A DNA stretch of 40,000 nt from an uncultured bacterium (GCA_964392245.1 CAYMOX010000024.1:1-40000); one strand, 5' to 3'; counted from the first letter of the stretch, positions 10,842 through 21,566 are shown. A program made the numbers and translations. Notes: generated by a model not told the origin, from the sequence alone.

Positions 10842-12671
10842 TCACCTGCTGATCACACCTTGTCCTCGCATTCTTTCAGCAAGCCAGGGACCAACCACCT
10901 CACCCTTCTGGGGTCTGGAAAGAAAATAACCTTGAGCCATTTCACAGCCAATGATCTTTAAGATCTCCTGTTGGGCTGCTGACTCTACTCCTTCTGCCAC
11001 AACGCTGATCCGCAGGCTATGAGCCATCGCGACAATCGCGCGCACGATCTCCAGCTTCTCCGTTTCCTCCTCAATGCCTTTGACAAATGACCGATCGATC
11101 TTGAGGGTACTGACCGGAAAGCGGTGCAAGTGGCTGAGGGAAGAGTAACCAGTACCAAAATCATCCAGGCAGATCTGGATCTGAAGCTCTTGAAGTTTCT
11201 GCAGCAGTTGTTGAGCCGTTTCCACCTGGGCAAACAGGGCAGTTTCAGTCACTTCCAACTTCACCTGAGTCCCCTCAAGCTGGAATTCTCTTAAGGTTTG
11301 GTGAATAAAGTCCAGCAAATTGGCTTGTAACAGCTGGCGTGGAGACAAATTGATATTCATAAACAGGGATTGGTGCTGATCCCAGGTGAGTTGCCAGGAT
11401 CGTAATTGCCGACAGGCTTCTCGAAAAACCCATTGGCCCATCGGTATGATTAAGCCAGTCTCTTCCGCCAGCAGAATAAAATCGCCGGGAGAGATCATTC
11501 CCCGTTCCGGATGCTTCCATCGGATCAGGGCTTCAACCCCCACGGGTCGGTTCATGGGCAGGTCTATAATCGGTTGATAGTGGAGGACAAATTCCTGCCG
11601 TTCCAGGGCAAGCCGGAGATCGGTCTCCATCAGATGTTCCTGCAGAACCTGAAAATGCATTTGGGCTTCAAAGATCTGATAGCATCCTCTCCCACGGTGC
11701 TTGGCTTGATACATGGCGGTGTCAGCATCTCTTAATAAGGCTTCTGGTTGGCCATAGCCACGACTAAGCACAATGCCCATACTGAGGTTGATGTAAATCT
11801 GCTGTCGTTCAATCTGAAAAGGCTGTTGAAAAGCCTGGACCACCGATTCGGCAAACCGGGTGATCTCCTGAATCTCCTGCACCTGATCCACAACGATCAG
11901 GAACTCATCTCCTCCCAGACGACCCAAGGTACTGTTCGGGCTCTGTTGCAGGCAGGATGTTAGTCTTTCAGAAACGGCAATCAAGAGCTGATCTCCCATC
12001 CAATGCCCCAGGGAGTCGTTGATCACTTTAAATCGATCACAATCAATAAAGAGAAGCGCAAATTCAACATCCGGGTTTTGAGCAGAGCGCGTCAGGTAAG
12101 TTTGCAATTGCTCAAAAATATATCGGCGGTTGGGTAGGCGGGTGAGGCTATCGTGATTGGCCTGATAAACCAGTTGATCCTGAGCTTGTCGCCTCTCTTC
12201 AATTTCCCGCTGCAGTTCCAGGGTTCTTTGCCGTACCCGCTCCTCAAGACGTTGGTTCATCTCCTGCAACTCCTGATGCAACTGTCGCAGTTGTAAATGA
12301 TTGCGCACCCGGGCGATCACCTCCTCCATCTGGAAGGGTTTGGTAATGTAGTCCACAGCCCCCAGGCTTAACCCCTTCACTTTGTCAGCAATTTCCGTCA
12401 AAGAAGTTGTAAAGATCACAGGAATCTCCTGCAACTGAGCATCGGATTTGAGTCGGCGGCAGGTCTCAAAGCCATCCATGTCCGGCATCATGACATCCAG
12501 AAGAATCAGATCGGGACGGGCATAGGCTGCTTGCTCCAGGGCACTCCTGCCATCCAGGGCTACCAGCACCTCTGCTCCAGCATCCTCCAGAGTGCAGGAG
12601 AGAACCTCCAGATTCGCAGGCAGATCATCAACAATCAGAATGACACTGGGGGGAAGAGTAAGGGGATTCAT
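10842..12671 (-). CDS. Response regulator with REC, coiled-coil, GGDEF and EAL domains (c-di-GMP turnover)
   Basis: REC (ILIVDD...[13 protein letters not shown]), GGDEF ([10 protein letters not shown]), EAL ([17 protein letters not shown]). The ATG overlaps the upstream kinase stop (ATGA at 12668-12671). Confidence 0.9.
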   Translation of the reverse strand: MNPLTLPPSVILIVDDLPANLEVLSCTLEDAGAEVLVALDGRSALEQAAYARPDLILLDVMMPDMDGFETCRRLKSDAQLQEIPVIFTTSLTEIADKVKGLSLGAVDYITKPFQMEEVIARVRNHLQLRQLHQELQEMNQRLEERVRQRTLELQREIEERRQAQDQLVYQANHDSLTRLPNRRYIFEQLQTYLTRSAQNPDVEFALLFIDCDRFKVINDSLGHWMGDQLLIAVSERLTSCLQQSPNSTLGRLGGDEFLIVVDQVQEIQEITRFAESVVQAFQQPFQIERQQIYINLSMGIVLSRGYGQPEALLRDADTAMYQAKHRGRGCYQIFEAQMHFQVLQEHLMETDLRLALERQEFVLHYQPIIDLPMNRPVGVEALIRWKHPERGMISPGDFILLAEETGLIIPMGQWVFREACRQLRSWQLTWDQHQSLFMNINLSPRQLLQANLLDFIHQTLREFQLEGTQVKLEVTETALFAQVETAQQLLQKLQELQIQICLDDFGTGYSSLSHLHRFPVSTLKIDRSFVKGIEEETEKLEIVRAIVAMAHSLRISVVAEGVESAAQQEILKIIGCEMAQGYFLSRPQKGEVVGPWLAERMRGQGVISR

Positions 12672-15426
12672 GGGTGTTGCAAACCTCGCTGGATCAACTC
12701 CCGGATCGGCTGTAGTCGAAAACCCCGGGCCAGTTCCTGCACCTTGCCTGCAAAGGGAAGCAGATCAGGATCCTCGATCGCCAAACGCTCCATCCGTCTG
12801 GAGATTTCCCGCAAATTGCCCCGCAATGCCAGATCTAAAAGGACTTCGAGCGTAGATGAATCAGGATAGCTCCATTCCTCAGAAGTCAAGGCCCAGGGGA
12901 TCGAATGCTCCAGGGTCGGTTTTGTAACTGAAGACTGTTCGCCCCCAGAATCATAGATCCAATGCAGATCCAGCAGCCGATAGAGTTGAAACAGAAGTTC
13001 TTCTCGCTGAACAGGTTTGGGCAAAAAATCATCCCCCCCCGCTTTGAGGCTCAAACGTTGATCCTTCTCAGACACACTGGCGGAAGAAACCAGGATCTTC
13101 ACGTCCTCCCCCCCCAGGGTGCTCCGAATCTGGGTGATCAACTCATAGCCATCCATGTTGGGCATTACCAGATCAGTAATCACCAGATCGACTGTCTGAT
13201 GGTGACCAGAGTCATCCACTTGATTCCAGAGTTGCAGAGCTTCCAGGCCATCGGCAGCTTCTACAATCGAGAATCCCAGAGGTTGTAGCATTTCTCGCAG
13301 TACAGAACGATTTTCCCAGCGATCATCAACCACCAGGATGCAGCGTTGCGGTCCCTCATAGCCAATGATCAAACGGCCATCCAAACCAGCGGCTAGTCCT
13401 TTTTCATCGAGAACCTCTGGTAAGGTCAGATCAAACCAGAAACGGCTACCTTGGCCAGGAGTACTTTCCACCTGAATCTGACTATCCATCAATTCGGCCA
13501 ATCGCTGACTGATCGCTAGACCCAGTCCAGTTCCCTGGGAACGCAGCCGCTGATCCCCTAACTGTTCAAAAGGTTGAAAGATCTGTTCCACCTGTTCCGG
13601 CTGCATGCCGATCCCCGTATCCACCACCTCAAGCCGTAGACAACGATTCCCTTCTCTGGCGGATAACGTTTCAACTTGCAAAGAGACCTGTCCGTGATGC
13701 GTAAACTTAATGGCATTGCCCAGTAAATTCACTAGGATCTGGCGCAGACGTTTTTCATCCCCATACACCCGCAGGGGCAGATCGGAGGGCACCTCTAAAT
13801 GAAATTCAAGCCCCTTTTGCTCGGCTCGCAGAGTGCACATCTCCGCCACTCCCCGCAGAAACGCTGGCAGGTGAAAATCTTGAGGGGTCAGTTCCAGTCG
13901 ACGGGCCTCGATCTTTGAAAGATCCAGAACATCTTCGATCAGGGTGAGCAAATGATGCCCCGATTGATAGATGATGTCGATCCCCCGCAGATCTCCCTCC
14001 TTCAGACTCTGGGAACGCTCCAGGATCTGGGCATAGCCCAGGATGGCGTTGAGAGGGGTACGCAGTTCGTGACTCATATTAGCTAAAAACTCACTTTTGG
14101 CCTGATTGGCCACATCTGCAGCTTCTTTTGCCGCTTTCAATTCCTGCGTTCGTTCAGCCACCCGTTGTTCCAGCACCGCAAAGGATCCTCGCAGTTGTTG
14201 GGCCATGCGGTTAAAGGATTGGGCCAGGGTCCTCAGCTCACGGATCCGCTTGACTTCCACCTGTTGATTTAGTTCCCCGGCAGCAATGGCACTGGCGGCC
14301 CGACTCAATCTCCAGATCGGTTGCAGAATCAAGTTTGACGTGTATAAACCCATCAGCAGCGCCAGGATCAGCGCCCCCAGACAGAGCAAAATTGTGTTTC
14401 GGGTATTGGCATTGATCTGAGCTAAAAAGTCTGTTTCCGGTACAACAACAGCAATCAACCAGTCCAGCCCAAAGTTATCTCGGTAGGGCACCACCTGCAG
14501 AAACTGCCGCTCTCCCAGAAGGGTAAATTCCAGTTGATGCTGATCGTGAATCCCCTCCAGCCCCTGGGAACTTTCCACTAAAGTCCGAGCAGCTGCCTGA
14601 ATTAAAGGATCTGGGCTGTTAATGGCCTCAAGGCGTTGATTGTCTGGGGTAAAGGGCTGAGAACCCGAGCTGGCCACCAGCAAGCCATTGCGCTCCAGAA
14701 TAAAGGTACGGCCCTGTTGACCCACCTGCAGGGTATCTAGAAACTCAGTAATCGTCGGTAGGGTCAGATCTGCTGCAATCACCCCTTGTAATGTCCCCTC
14801 TGCATCAAAATAGGGCTGTCCGAAAGTGATCCCCAAAGCGGGAGGAGCCAGATAAGAATAAATCTCGGTCCATGTTGGTTTGCCAGCTTCCACGACTGTC
14901 TGGTACCATCCCCGTTGCCGAGGATCATAATGATCAATTTGCTCCAGATAAGTCTGGGGCCGTCCCTGATCATCCAGGCGATACTGAATAGCAGCGCCGT
15001 CCGTAAACGCATCCTTGATGTGAAAGACAAAAGATCCGTCCTCTCGTTCATCACCCCCACAAATTCAGCTGTTTCGGTCCCCGCCGAGAGATAAGCGGTC
15101 CCATCAAAAATCTGGATCTGCCGCCAGAAGTGAGGTAGCCAGTCCCGCACCTGATCAAGATCTAAATGCCCCACCTCCAGTGCCGACTGATTCACCTGAT
15201 TGACCAGGTTGGGGGTTCCCATGTACATATCCAATTCCTGGTGAATGCGATTACTGATCTCCGTCTGCAATTGACCCACCAGATCCCGCACTGTCTGCCG
15301 ACCATTCCAATAGGAGAGGCCAATTGTGATCCCCTCCACCACCAGGAGTTGAACGATAAACGGTGCCACCAGAATCAGCCGCAGGGGCCACTGCTGAGAG
15401 CTTGACTCAGAGGAGGATGCGGACAT
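12668..15426 (-). pseudogene. Hybrid sensor histidine kinase (TM-Cache-TM-HAMP-HisKA-HATPase-REC-C-terminal helical domain) interrupted by a 1-nt frameshift
   Basis: Two overlapping ORFs (15426->14779 and 14893->12668) encode the N- and C-terminal parts of one Cache-domain kinase. The H-box is SHELRTPLN, the G-box is GTGLGLAIS, and the REC domain contains [12 protein letters not shown]. The downstream frame is already open from 15064 and reads [63 protein letters not shown]. Adding one G to the minus-strand G5 run (plus-strand C5, 15054-15058) fuses the frames as ...[15 protein letters not shown].... Confidence 0.8.
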
Positions 15427-15553
15427 TGAAATGATTTATACAGGGCTGCTCCTATGCTATGCCTCTACCCCGCTACCTTGGTTTAAACGAAACTTAAGGT
15501 CCCTTTATCTTTTTGGGGATGGAGGCTGAAATTCAGATGATCTCTGCAGGAGG

Positions 15554-15844
15554 CTACGGTTCCAGATAATCCAGCACTTGAACTTTAGGTTGATCCAGAG
15601 CCTGAAACATGGCAGCAGTCATCTCGATCCGTGCCAACTGTCCCAGTGCTCGACTGCAGGGAAACCCAAACTTAGCCTGGACTCGCTCACTGGCAATCTG
15701 CAGGGCCTCCCGCGCACGCCCCACAAACTCCGCAAGATCATAGTCATCTCCAGGGGTGAAGTACTGTTTGATCACCAGGGAAGGGGAATAGCAGGTCTCT
15801 TCTGAGCCATCTGGCCAGCGGATGCGGAAACAAATTTCAGGCAT
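15554..15844 (-). CDS. MSMEG_0570-family small protein of the Nit1C / nitrogen-starvation cluster
   Basis: 96-aa ORF (MPEICFRIRWPDGSEETCYSPSLVIKQYF...) at the distal end of the cluster. The ATG overlaps the glycosyltransferase stop by 8 nt. The family call rests on my recall of this conserved cluster. Confidence 0.75.
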   Translation of the reverse strand: MPEICFRIRWPDGSEETCYSPSLVIKQYFTPGDDYDLAEFVGRAREALQIASERVQAKFGFPCSRALGQLARIEMTAAMFQALDQPKVQVLDYLEP

Positions 15845-17024
15845 GGTGCATTTCCCTCAGGTGAGATCTGGATTGTAGAGTATGGTACTGCTGCTGCTGC
15901 AGTTGAGCCGATCGCTCCCAGGTGTAGTGGCGGATCACCTCCTGGCTGGCGGAGATCAAAGAACCTGCAACCTCAGGCACAATCAATTTCCGCATCGCCC
16001 CGGAAAGAGCAGAAACCTCCAGGGGATCCACCAGCAGCGCTTGATCGGGAGTCAGAAATTCGGTAAATGGCTCAATCCCCGATGTGAGCACAGGCAACCC
16101 TGCCGCCATCGCCTCCATCACCACCAATCCCCACCCTTCCTGGATCGACGGAAATACAAATCCATCCGCAGCATGGTAAAGAGCCACCAGCTCAGCATCC
16201 GTAACCACCCCAGTCAGGATCAGGGATTGGCCCAGCCGCATCTGCAGCTCCTCACAGGTGGCAAAAAATTGCTCTCGGTAGGCTGCGTAATCAAACAGCG
16301 TCATTCCCCCGGCGATCACCAGTTGAGCTTGCGGGTCAGTGGAAAGAACCTGATGAAAAGCCTGTAGAAGACGAATGGAATTTTTGCGAGGTTCAATCCC
16401 ACCCACGGTCAGATAAATAGGATCCCCGCTTAACCCATACTTCTGCTTGAGACTGGCAACTGCCTGGGGATCACAATCTTGAAATCGTTCTCTACAGATC
16501 CCATTCCACACCTGTGTTGACGATCTGCCGTACTCCCGCAACAGTTGTTCCTGTCCCTCACGACTGACACAAAAGCAGTGATCCACCTCCATCACCGAGC
16601 GCCGCTGACATTCCTGCAAAAAAGGACTGGTGAAGGGATCCAGATGATGCACTGTCCTGACGATCCATCCCTTCCCCATAGGACTCTGGGGAGCTTCCTG
16701 CCGCAGTCGCACCAAAGCATTGGCACTGATACAGTCCTGAGCATGGTAAATCTCAAAAGGTTGGGGATATTCACGAAAAAACTCCACATAGTCCTGGATG
16801 CGCTGCTGGATCAGCATTTCGGTGCCTGCGGGTGCGGGTTGGGTAGGGACCAGCTTCCATGCACACTTGAGGGGCCGACAAAACGCTTGTCCCCCTTTAT
16901 CCAGAGCGAAAATACAGATCTCATGACCCAGTTGATGCAAAGCCTCCGACAATTCCATGGCATGGATCACGCCTCCCCGTGGATGGGTGGAGTAGGTGAG
17001 CATCGCAATTCGCAACGGGGCCAT
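15837..17024 (-). CDS. GT4-type glycosyltransferase (MSMEG_0565 family) of the Nit1C cluster
   Basis: The C-terminal motif EGWGLVVMEAMAAGLPVL is typical of GT-B/GT4 enzymes. ATG 17024 (MAPLRIAMLTYSTHPRGG) overlaps the upstream stop (TAATG). The ORF-track start at 17072 lies inside the preceding gene. Confidence 0.85.
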   Translation of the reverse strand: MAPLRIAMLTYSTHPRGGVIHAMELSEALHQLGHEICIFALDKGGQAFCRPLKCAWKLVPTQPAPAGTEMLIQQRIQDYVEFFREYPQPFEIYHAQDCISANALVRLRQEAPQSPMGKGWIVRTVHHLDPFTSPFLQECQRRSVMEVDHCFCVSREGQEQLLREYGRSSTQVWNGICRERFQDCDPQAVASLKQKYGLSGDPIYLTVGGIEPRKNSIRLLQAFHQVLSTDPQAQLVIAGGMTLFDYAAYREQFFATCEELQMRLGQSLILTGVVTDAELVALYHAADGFVFPSIQEGWGLVVMEAMAAGLPVLTSGIEPFTEFLTPDQALLVDPLEVSALSGAMRKLIVPEVAGSLISASQEVIRHYTWERSAQLQQQQYHTLQSRSHLREMHHA

Positions 17025-17971
17025 TAAGGAATTCCTCCCCAGCCCGTCAGAGGATCCTGGCCCAGATCCCAAAACAGTAGGGATTCATCGCCGGACGTGA
17101 GGTGGAGCTGGCCATCAGCGGTCAACCAGCCGATCTCACCACACCAGATCTTGTGGGACTGAAAGAGATCCTTCACTTCTGTAGCTAACGCAGGGGCAAC
17201 GCTGAAAAGAAAACCGAAACTGGGGAAACAGGTGAGCCACTCCTCAAGCGCAAAATCTACCGGACAGGGAATCTGATCCAGCTCCAGAACTGCTCCACAT
17301 TGGGAGGTTTCCAGCAACATCAAAGTTGTTCCCAGGATCCCGCCCATGCTGATGTCTTTACCCGCGTGACAGAGACCCCGCTCCGCCAGGGTAGGCAAAA
17401 GATTGAGCTTCTGGCGCAGTTCCCCAGGATCCGCCTGAGTGGCTGCATTCCAGAAGCCATAGAGAGGATGGCGTTGCCCCTGCAAATCCACGGCCAGCAG
17501 CACTTGATCCCCGGGTTGGGCAGCGAAACTACTGATCAGATGGGACGCCCGGCCTAAAATCGCCACGGCTAAGGCCTGATAAGGACTCTGGGCATTGGTG
17601 TGCCCTCCCACAATGGGAACCTGATAAGCCGCCGCCGCCGCCTGCATCCCCGCCCATAGTTCCGTTTGAGAGTCCAGGCAACCACTCCAGATCACATCCA
17701 CCAAAGCCAGAGGCCGTCCCCCCATTGCGTAAATATCACTGACATTCACCATGACAGCGCACCAGCCCGCAAACCAGGGATCGGTATCCACGAGCGTGGG
17801 CCACATACCTTCCGCCGCCAGCAACAGGTAACCATCCCCATCCGGAATTGCGGCACAATCATCCCCCAGCAAAGGGGCTGAAGATCCCAGTCGCTGCGCC
17901 ACCCGCTGAATATCTTGCTTCTGTCGGATCCCCAGGGAATGCCGTAGATCCTGGATCCGCTGCCAGTCCAT
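17024..17971 (-). CDS. AIR synthase-like (PurM/ThiL/HypE superfamily) protein, Sll0787 family
   Basis: N-terminal GDDCAAIPDG motif and a PurM-like fold pattern. ATG 17971 overlaps the GNAT stop (TGATG). The ORF-track start at 17974 is a GTG. Confidence 0.85.
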   Translation of the reverse strand: MDWQRIQDLRHSLGIRQKQDIQRVAQRLGSSAPLLGDDCAAIPDGDGYLLLAAEGMWPTLVDTDPWFAGWCAVMVNVSDIYAMGGRPLALVDVIWSGCLDSQTELWAGMQAAAAAYQVPIVGGHTNAQSPYQALAVAILGRASHLISSFAAQPGDQVLLAVDLQGQRHPLYGFWNAATQADPGELRQKLNLLPTLAERGLCHAGKDISMGGILGTTLMLLETSQCGAVLELDQIPCPVDFALEEWLTCFPSFGFLFSVAPALATEVKDLFQSHKIWCGEIGWLTADGQLHLTSGDESLLFWDLGQDPLTGWGGIP

Positions 17972-18480
17972 CACGATACCTCAGCCCACTCCAGCATCGG
18001 TCGAGGTTGGATCTCAGGCGGATAGGCGGCCAGGTTGGCCTGCATAAGATGGTGCGGACGATCCAGAAGACGGATCTCCGAAAGGGTCTGCCAGTGAAGT
18101 CGTCGGAAGAAACGCACATTTTGCAGCTGAACTGTGGCCAGGAACTGTTTGCACCCCCAGCCGTGAGCAGTGGTGACCGCTTTATGGATCAGTCCCTTCC
18201 CAATCTGGCCCTGTCTCCGAAAGTCAGGATGCACCCCCAGCCGACCGCCGTACCAGATCCCAGGTTCAGTTTCATAGATGCGCACCACCCCTACCACCTG
18301 CACTGCTTTCCTGTCATCCAACTGAAGGGCCACAATTGGATAGGCCACGGGATCCCATCCATCCCGATCCGTCTCGGCAAAAAGCCCTTGCTCTTCACAA
18401 AAGATCTGGAACCGGAGATCGTAGTAGGCCCGCACCTGAGCTGGGGTGGTGGCCAGCATAAATGAGAAAGCGTCTTTCAT
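17971..18480 (-). CDS. GNAT N-acetyltransferase (Sll0786 / MSMEG_0567 family)
   Basis: 169 aa with the GNAT core GGRLGVHPDFRRQGQIGKGLI. It occupies the conserved position in the Nit1C cluster. Confidence 0.85.
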   Translation of the reverse strand: MKDAFSFMLATTPAQVRAYYDLRFQIFCEEQGLFAETDRDGWDPVAYPIVALQLDDRKAVQVVGVVRIYETEPGIWYGGRLGVHPDFRRQGQIGKGLIHKAVTTAHGWGCKQFLATVQLQNVRFFRRLHWQTLSEIRLLDRPHHLMQANLAAYPPEIQPRPMLEWAEVS

Positions 18481-18514
18481 AGCATTAAATCTCGGTTAAT
18501 GGGTTGATGCGAGA

Positions 18515-19612
18515 TCAAACAGCAACCCGTTCAAACTGGGACAGGGCTGAACAGGCTCCACATTTGGCACATCCCGCCTTCATGGCTGCTGAGGTCATCC
18601 CATACTTCTGCAGGAGCTGCCCAATCTGCTGATAGAGACCCAACATGAACTGACTATCGGGAGCAGGATGATGGGCCAGGGGGGTTCCCATCAGAGGTAC
18701 AAACGGCACCACAAACGGATAAACTCCCATCCGGATCAGGCTCTCACTGGTGGAGACAAGCACCTCCTGGCTATCCCCCAGTCCGGCCAGCAAATAGGTG
18801 CTCACCTGTCCCCAGCCGAAGATGTCTACTGCCCGTGCAAAGGCTTCAAAGTAGGTTTCCACATCCACAGCAGCCTTACCGGGCATGATCCGCTGCCGCA
18901 CCTCGGCTGAGACGGCCTCCAGATGCATCCCCAGGCTATCCACTCCTGCATTTTTCATCCGTTCTAACCAGATCAGGTCTGCAGGCGGTTCACATTGAGC
19001 TTGAATGGGCAGATCCACCTCCTGTTTTACCGCTCGGGCACATTCAGCCAGATAGGCAGCGCCCCGATCCGAGGTTTGGGGTGTGCCTGTGGTCATGATC
19101 ATGTGGGTGACACCATCCAACCTCACAGCCGCCGCCGCCACCTCGGCTAATTGAGCTGGAGTTTTGCGAGCAATTGTGCGGCCTGCCTCCAGAGACTGCC
19201 CAATGGCACAGAACTGACAGGCGGTGGCCCGATCCGTGTAGCGCATACAGGTTTGCAAGACCGTGGTGGCCAGCACGTTATGGCTGTGCAGGAGAGCAAT
19301 CTTCCAGTAGGGGATCCCCTCAGAGGTGCTCAGTCCATAGAATCTCGGCACATTTGGGAATTCTACAGCGGTCAGAGGTTCCCCATTGTGAGTTAGGAGA
19401 TGGGCATGCGAGTCGGGTTCAGAAGTCACCTGATAGGGGGAAGTGGCGGCGGCATCTGTATAGATGGGCACCATGATCGTTGTCCCCTGGATCGTGACAG
19501 CCTTGTGATCCGAGGGTCCGGCCCCTCCCTTTCGTCCTGCAGAACCGTGGGCAGGATCCACCAGGCGCAGGCCCTGAGTCTGTAAATCGGTGATCAGTTG
19601 CTGGGCATTCAT
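18515..19612 (-). CDS. Radical SAM protein (MSMEG_0568 family) of the Nit1C cluster
   Basis: Cys triad CMRYTDRATACQFC (CX9CX2C) plus C-terminal CAKCGAC. ATG 19612 (MNAQQLITDL) lies 4 nt after the nitrilase stop. The ORF-track start at 19720 overlaps the nitrilase. Confidence 0.82.
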   Translation of the reverse strand: MNAQQLITDLQTQGLRLVDPAHGSAGRKGGAGPSDHKAVTIQGTTIMVPIYTDAAATSPYQVTSEPDSHAHLLTHNGEPLTAVEFPNVPRFYGLSTSEGIPYWKIALLHSHNVLATTVLQTCMRYTDRATACQFCAIGQSLEAGRTIARKTPAQLAEVAAAAVRLDGVTHMIMTTGTPQTSDRGAAYLAECARAVKQEVDLPIQAQCEPPADLIWLERMKNAGVDSLGMHLEAVSAEVRQRIMPGKAAVDVETYFEAFARAVDIFGWGQVSTYLLAGLGDSQEVLVSTSESLIRMGVYPFVVPFVPLMGTPLAHHPAPDSQFMLGLYQQIGQLLQKYGMTSAAMKAGCAKCGACSALSQFERVAV

Positions 19613-19616
19613 AGAG

Positions 19617-20624
19617 TTAGATGGGTTCAACTGCGGCAATCGCATCGGGTTCAGCAGCCTGTCCGTTGTGGAATGCGGGGATCTTGGGAGAATCAAGGGG
19701 GGCAGCGAGAGGACGGGCATCCTGATTAAGCCTCAACTGCAGAAGATCCGGGCGAGCATAATGGCCGACAGAGTCCATCATGCGTTTCCGTTTGATGATC
19801 AGGCTCAAATCCAGATCCGCCACGGCCAGGCCTTCTCCTTCGGTTACAGGGGGGCAGAGATGGTTTCCTTCGGGACTGATAATGGCGGTGTTACATCCTC
19901 CACTCAGAACCCGCTGTAACTTCTCATCCTGAGTGATCTGATTCACCTGCTCCGGGGAGAGCCAGCTGGTGGCATTGACGACAAAACATCCAGACTCCAG
20001 CGCGTGATGGCGAATCGTCACCTCGATCTGATCTGCAAAAATCTGTCCCACCATCGATCCTGGGAATTGCGCACAGTGGATCTGCTCCCGTTGCTCCATC
20101 AGGGCAAAGCGGGCCAGCGGATTGTAATGTTCCCAGCAAGCGAGTGCACCCACCCGACCCACAGCCGTCTCCACCACCTTGAGCCCGGATCCATCCCCCT
20201 GACCCCAGACCATACGCTCGTGGTAAGTAGGAGTGATCTTGCGCCGTTTTAGCAGCAAAGTCCCATCAGCATCAAAGATCAGCTGCGTGTTGTAGAGGGA
20301 GCCTCCATCCACCTCGTTGATCCCCAGTACCACCACCATCCCGTGAGACCGCGCAGTCTGTCCAACCGCCTCGACCTCTGGCCCGGGAACCGTCACAGCC
20401 TCTTCGTAGAGTCGGAGATGCTCCTTGCCCATGGCCACCGGGGGTTGCACAAAAGAGAAGTAAGGGTAGTAGGGGATCAGGGTTTCGGGAAAGACAATCA
20501 GCTGAATACCGTCCTGGGCAGCACTGGCAATCGTCTCCAGCACTTTTGACGTGGTGCCCTCACGGCTAAAAAGCACAGGACTGATCTGGGCTGCTGCTAC
20601 CTTGATCCGAGCGGAAGTGGTCAT
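19617..20624 (-). CDS. Nitrilase, Nit1C (Nit6803) clade
   Basis: Carbon-nitrogen hydrolase triad contexts [10 protein letters not shown] (Glu), [10 protein letters not shown] (Lys) and [11 protein letters not shown] (Cys). Confidence 0.92.
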   Translation of the reverse strand: MTTSARIKVAAAQISPVLFSREGTTSKVLETIASAAQDGIQLIVFPETLIPYYPYFSFVQPPVAMGKEHLRLYEEAVTVPGPEVEAVGQTARSHGMVVVLGINEVDGGSLYNTQLIFDADGTLLLKRRKITPTYHERMVWGQGDGSGLKVVETAVGRVGALACWEHYNPLARFALMEQREQIHCAQFPGSMVGQIFADQIEVTIRHHALESGCFVVNATSWLSPEQVNQITQDEKLQRVLSGGCNTAIISPEGNHLCPPVTEGEGLAVADLDLSLIIKRKRMMDSVGHYARPDLLQLRLNQDARPLAAPLDSPKIPAFHNGQAAEPDAIAAVEPI

Positions 20625-20655
20625 GTTCTCAGATCCTTGGGTTCAACTTCATTCC

Positions 20656-21138
20656 CTACAACGTCCAGGTATCCAGGATCAGTGCTCCCTCCTTCCGATG
20701 GATTAACACTAGATCCAGAACATCCAGGGGATTGATGGGTCGGATACCGGGGAGAAGAGCCGGTTCACCATGGCCGTAAAGAGCCTGCAGAGCAAAACGA
20801 CAGGCGTAGACCTTGCCCCCTTCGTTCATAAAGCGGGTGAGATTGTTGGCAAAGTTCTGGTGACCAGGAAAGGCTTCATCCCCAATTTTGGGAAACCCCC
20901 GTTGCACCCCCAACGTCACCCCTGGACCGTAGAGCAGGATAGAGGTCTCAAAGCCTTTCTTGAGCAGCCGCAACCCCTGCAGGATATTCACCAAGCCAAT
21001 CGATCCTTCAAAAGCAACCGTATGGAAGGTGACCAGAGCTTTTTCACCGGGTTCGGCTTTCACATCAGGGAAAACTTTTTCTTCGTAGTCAACAAAAAAA
21101 TCCCCCGTTTGATAGGCAGGAGCGGTTACTGCGGGCAT
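20656..21138 (-). CDS. Sll0783 / MSMEG_0572-family nitrogen-starvation response protein (first gene of the Nit1C operon)
   Basis: The ORF is open up to a GTG at 21174. ATG 21138 is preferred because GAGGA (21150->21146) lies 7 nt upstream. The sequence [22 protein letters not shown]...[22 protein letters not shown] fits the conserved leader gene of this cluster as I recall it. Confidence 0.78.
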   Translation of the reverse strand: MPAVTAPAYQTGDFFVDYEEKVFPDVKAEPGEKALVTFHTVAFEGSIGLVNILQGLRLLKKGFETSILLYGPGVTLGVQRGFPKIGDEAFPGHQNFANNLTRFMNEGGKVYACRFALQALYGHGEPALLPGIRPINPLDVLDLVLIHRKEGALILDTWTL

Positions 21139-21190
21139 GAATTCATCCTCGTAAAAATGGTTCTGATCGGTCACAACAAGCTTGAACGAC

Positions 21191-21232
21191 AGAATAGAAG
21201 TGCCCTTTCACTTTTCTTGTATCAACCGCCAC
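21191..21232 (-). promoter_or_regulatory. Candidate NtcA-type (class II) promoter for the Nit1C operon
   Basis: Minus strand: GTG-N8-TAC (21232->21219, 5 of 6 consensus positions), then exactly 22 nt, then TATTCT (21196->21191, TAN3T). This lies just upstream of the first cluster gene. Confidence 0.4.
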
Positions 21233-21497
21233 CATTTCTTCTTCTTTAGCAGAATCAGCAGAACACTAAATCAGCTAAAGGATGAACTCCAGCTTTTGTC
21301 ATGATCAACCTGTCGAAAGTGATAGGTAAACCCCTGCCTTGCCAGCCCTCGCCAGACATCTCCAGGAGGTTGCGGGAAGTCAATCGATCGATCAAGGAAG
21401 GATTCATCCCTAAATTGACAGTCCACCCCAGTTTTTTTGTGGCTGCTGATAGATAGGATCCTGTTTGCCTAACTAAACGATCAATCCTAAAGAATCC

Positions 21498-21539
21498 GTA
21501 TCAAGAACTACATAAGATCAACTTTTTAGTCGATAGGTT
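21498..21539 (+). promoter_or_regulatory. Candidate NtcA-type (class II) promoter for the flavin oxidoreductase gene
   Basis: Perfect GTA-N8-TAC (GTATCAAGAACTAC, 21498-21511), then exactly 22 nt, then TAGGTT (21534-21539, TAN3T). The ATG is at 21567. Confidence 0.5.
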
Positions 21540-21566
21540 GAGGCAAAGATTTCGAGAGTAGCGGAA

